Assembly: GCA_964016885.1 (NCBI GenBank)
Contig: OZ024756.1
Span: forward strand, 17,422,001 to 17,486,000
DNA: 64,000 bases
Reading direction: 5' to 3'
Source of the DNA: Eledone cirrhosa
Taxonomy: Eukaryota
Each line of letters starts with the position of its first letter. The stretch's first letter is position 1. Shown here piece by piece: positions 63,781 through 64,000 of the stretch. A program made the translations under genes and the position numbers. The notes under the pieces were generated by a model that saw only the letters and a list, made by a program, of their open reading frames with translations, did not search any database and was not told the origin of the DNA.

Positions 63781-64000
63781 AGGGCACTAGAGTTGTATAA
63801 AATTCCGTCTTCTCCCTCTACCACTTCCACTACCACAATTGTAGTTAACAACCAGTCAGACAATAACAAGGAACAAACCAACTTCTATTCCTAACCACCT
63901 TTTATATGTATGTAAACTATGTTATCTTATACACTCTTCTTATTAATATGAACCTTAATTTTATTATACACTTTTAATCATATTTCCTGTAGCATGAAGA

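Overview
AT-rich eukaryotic DNA made almost entirely of repeats: long (TA)n/(CA)n/(GA)n microsatellites, a 200-N assembly gap and many transposable-element copies. The SINE/LINE repertoire looks cephalopod, probably Octopus (inference). No host protein-coding gene can be supported. Recognisable coding sequence is all transposon-derived: a near-intact RTE-clade LINE (2951-6309, one frameshift, internal PHD-like finger), a 5'-truncated Penelope-like element with RT and C-terminal GIY-YIG (53412-54671), a second Penelope-type RT fragment (63121-63780), a decayed DD37D/maT transposase and other LINE scraps. Non-autonomous Helitrons, hAT MITEs, two tRNA-derived SINE families, a decayed tRNA-Arg(ACG) and several minisatellites are also present. 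The main finding is a dense set of type I hammerhead ribozyme (HHR) elements inserted in TA-rich repeats. One is an 8x310-bp near-identical tandem array plus an inverted 1.25-mer, with 9 intact HHRs (retrozyme-like, predicting a 310-nt circular RNA). A diverged homolog of its unit lies next to the Penelope RT at 62.8 kb. A second, unrelated 454-bp HHR unit has the same direct+inverted layout. There are at least four more HHR families, and a family of palindromic 'half-hammerhead' inserts folded back at helix II. All coordinates and pairings were read by eye; no folding or database search was run.
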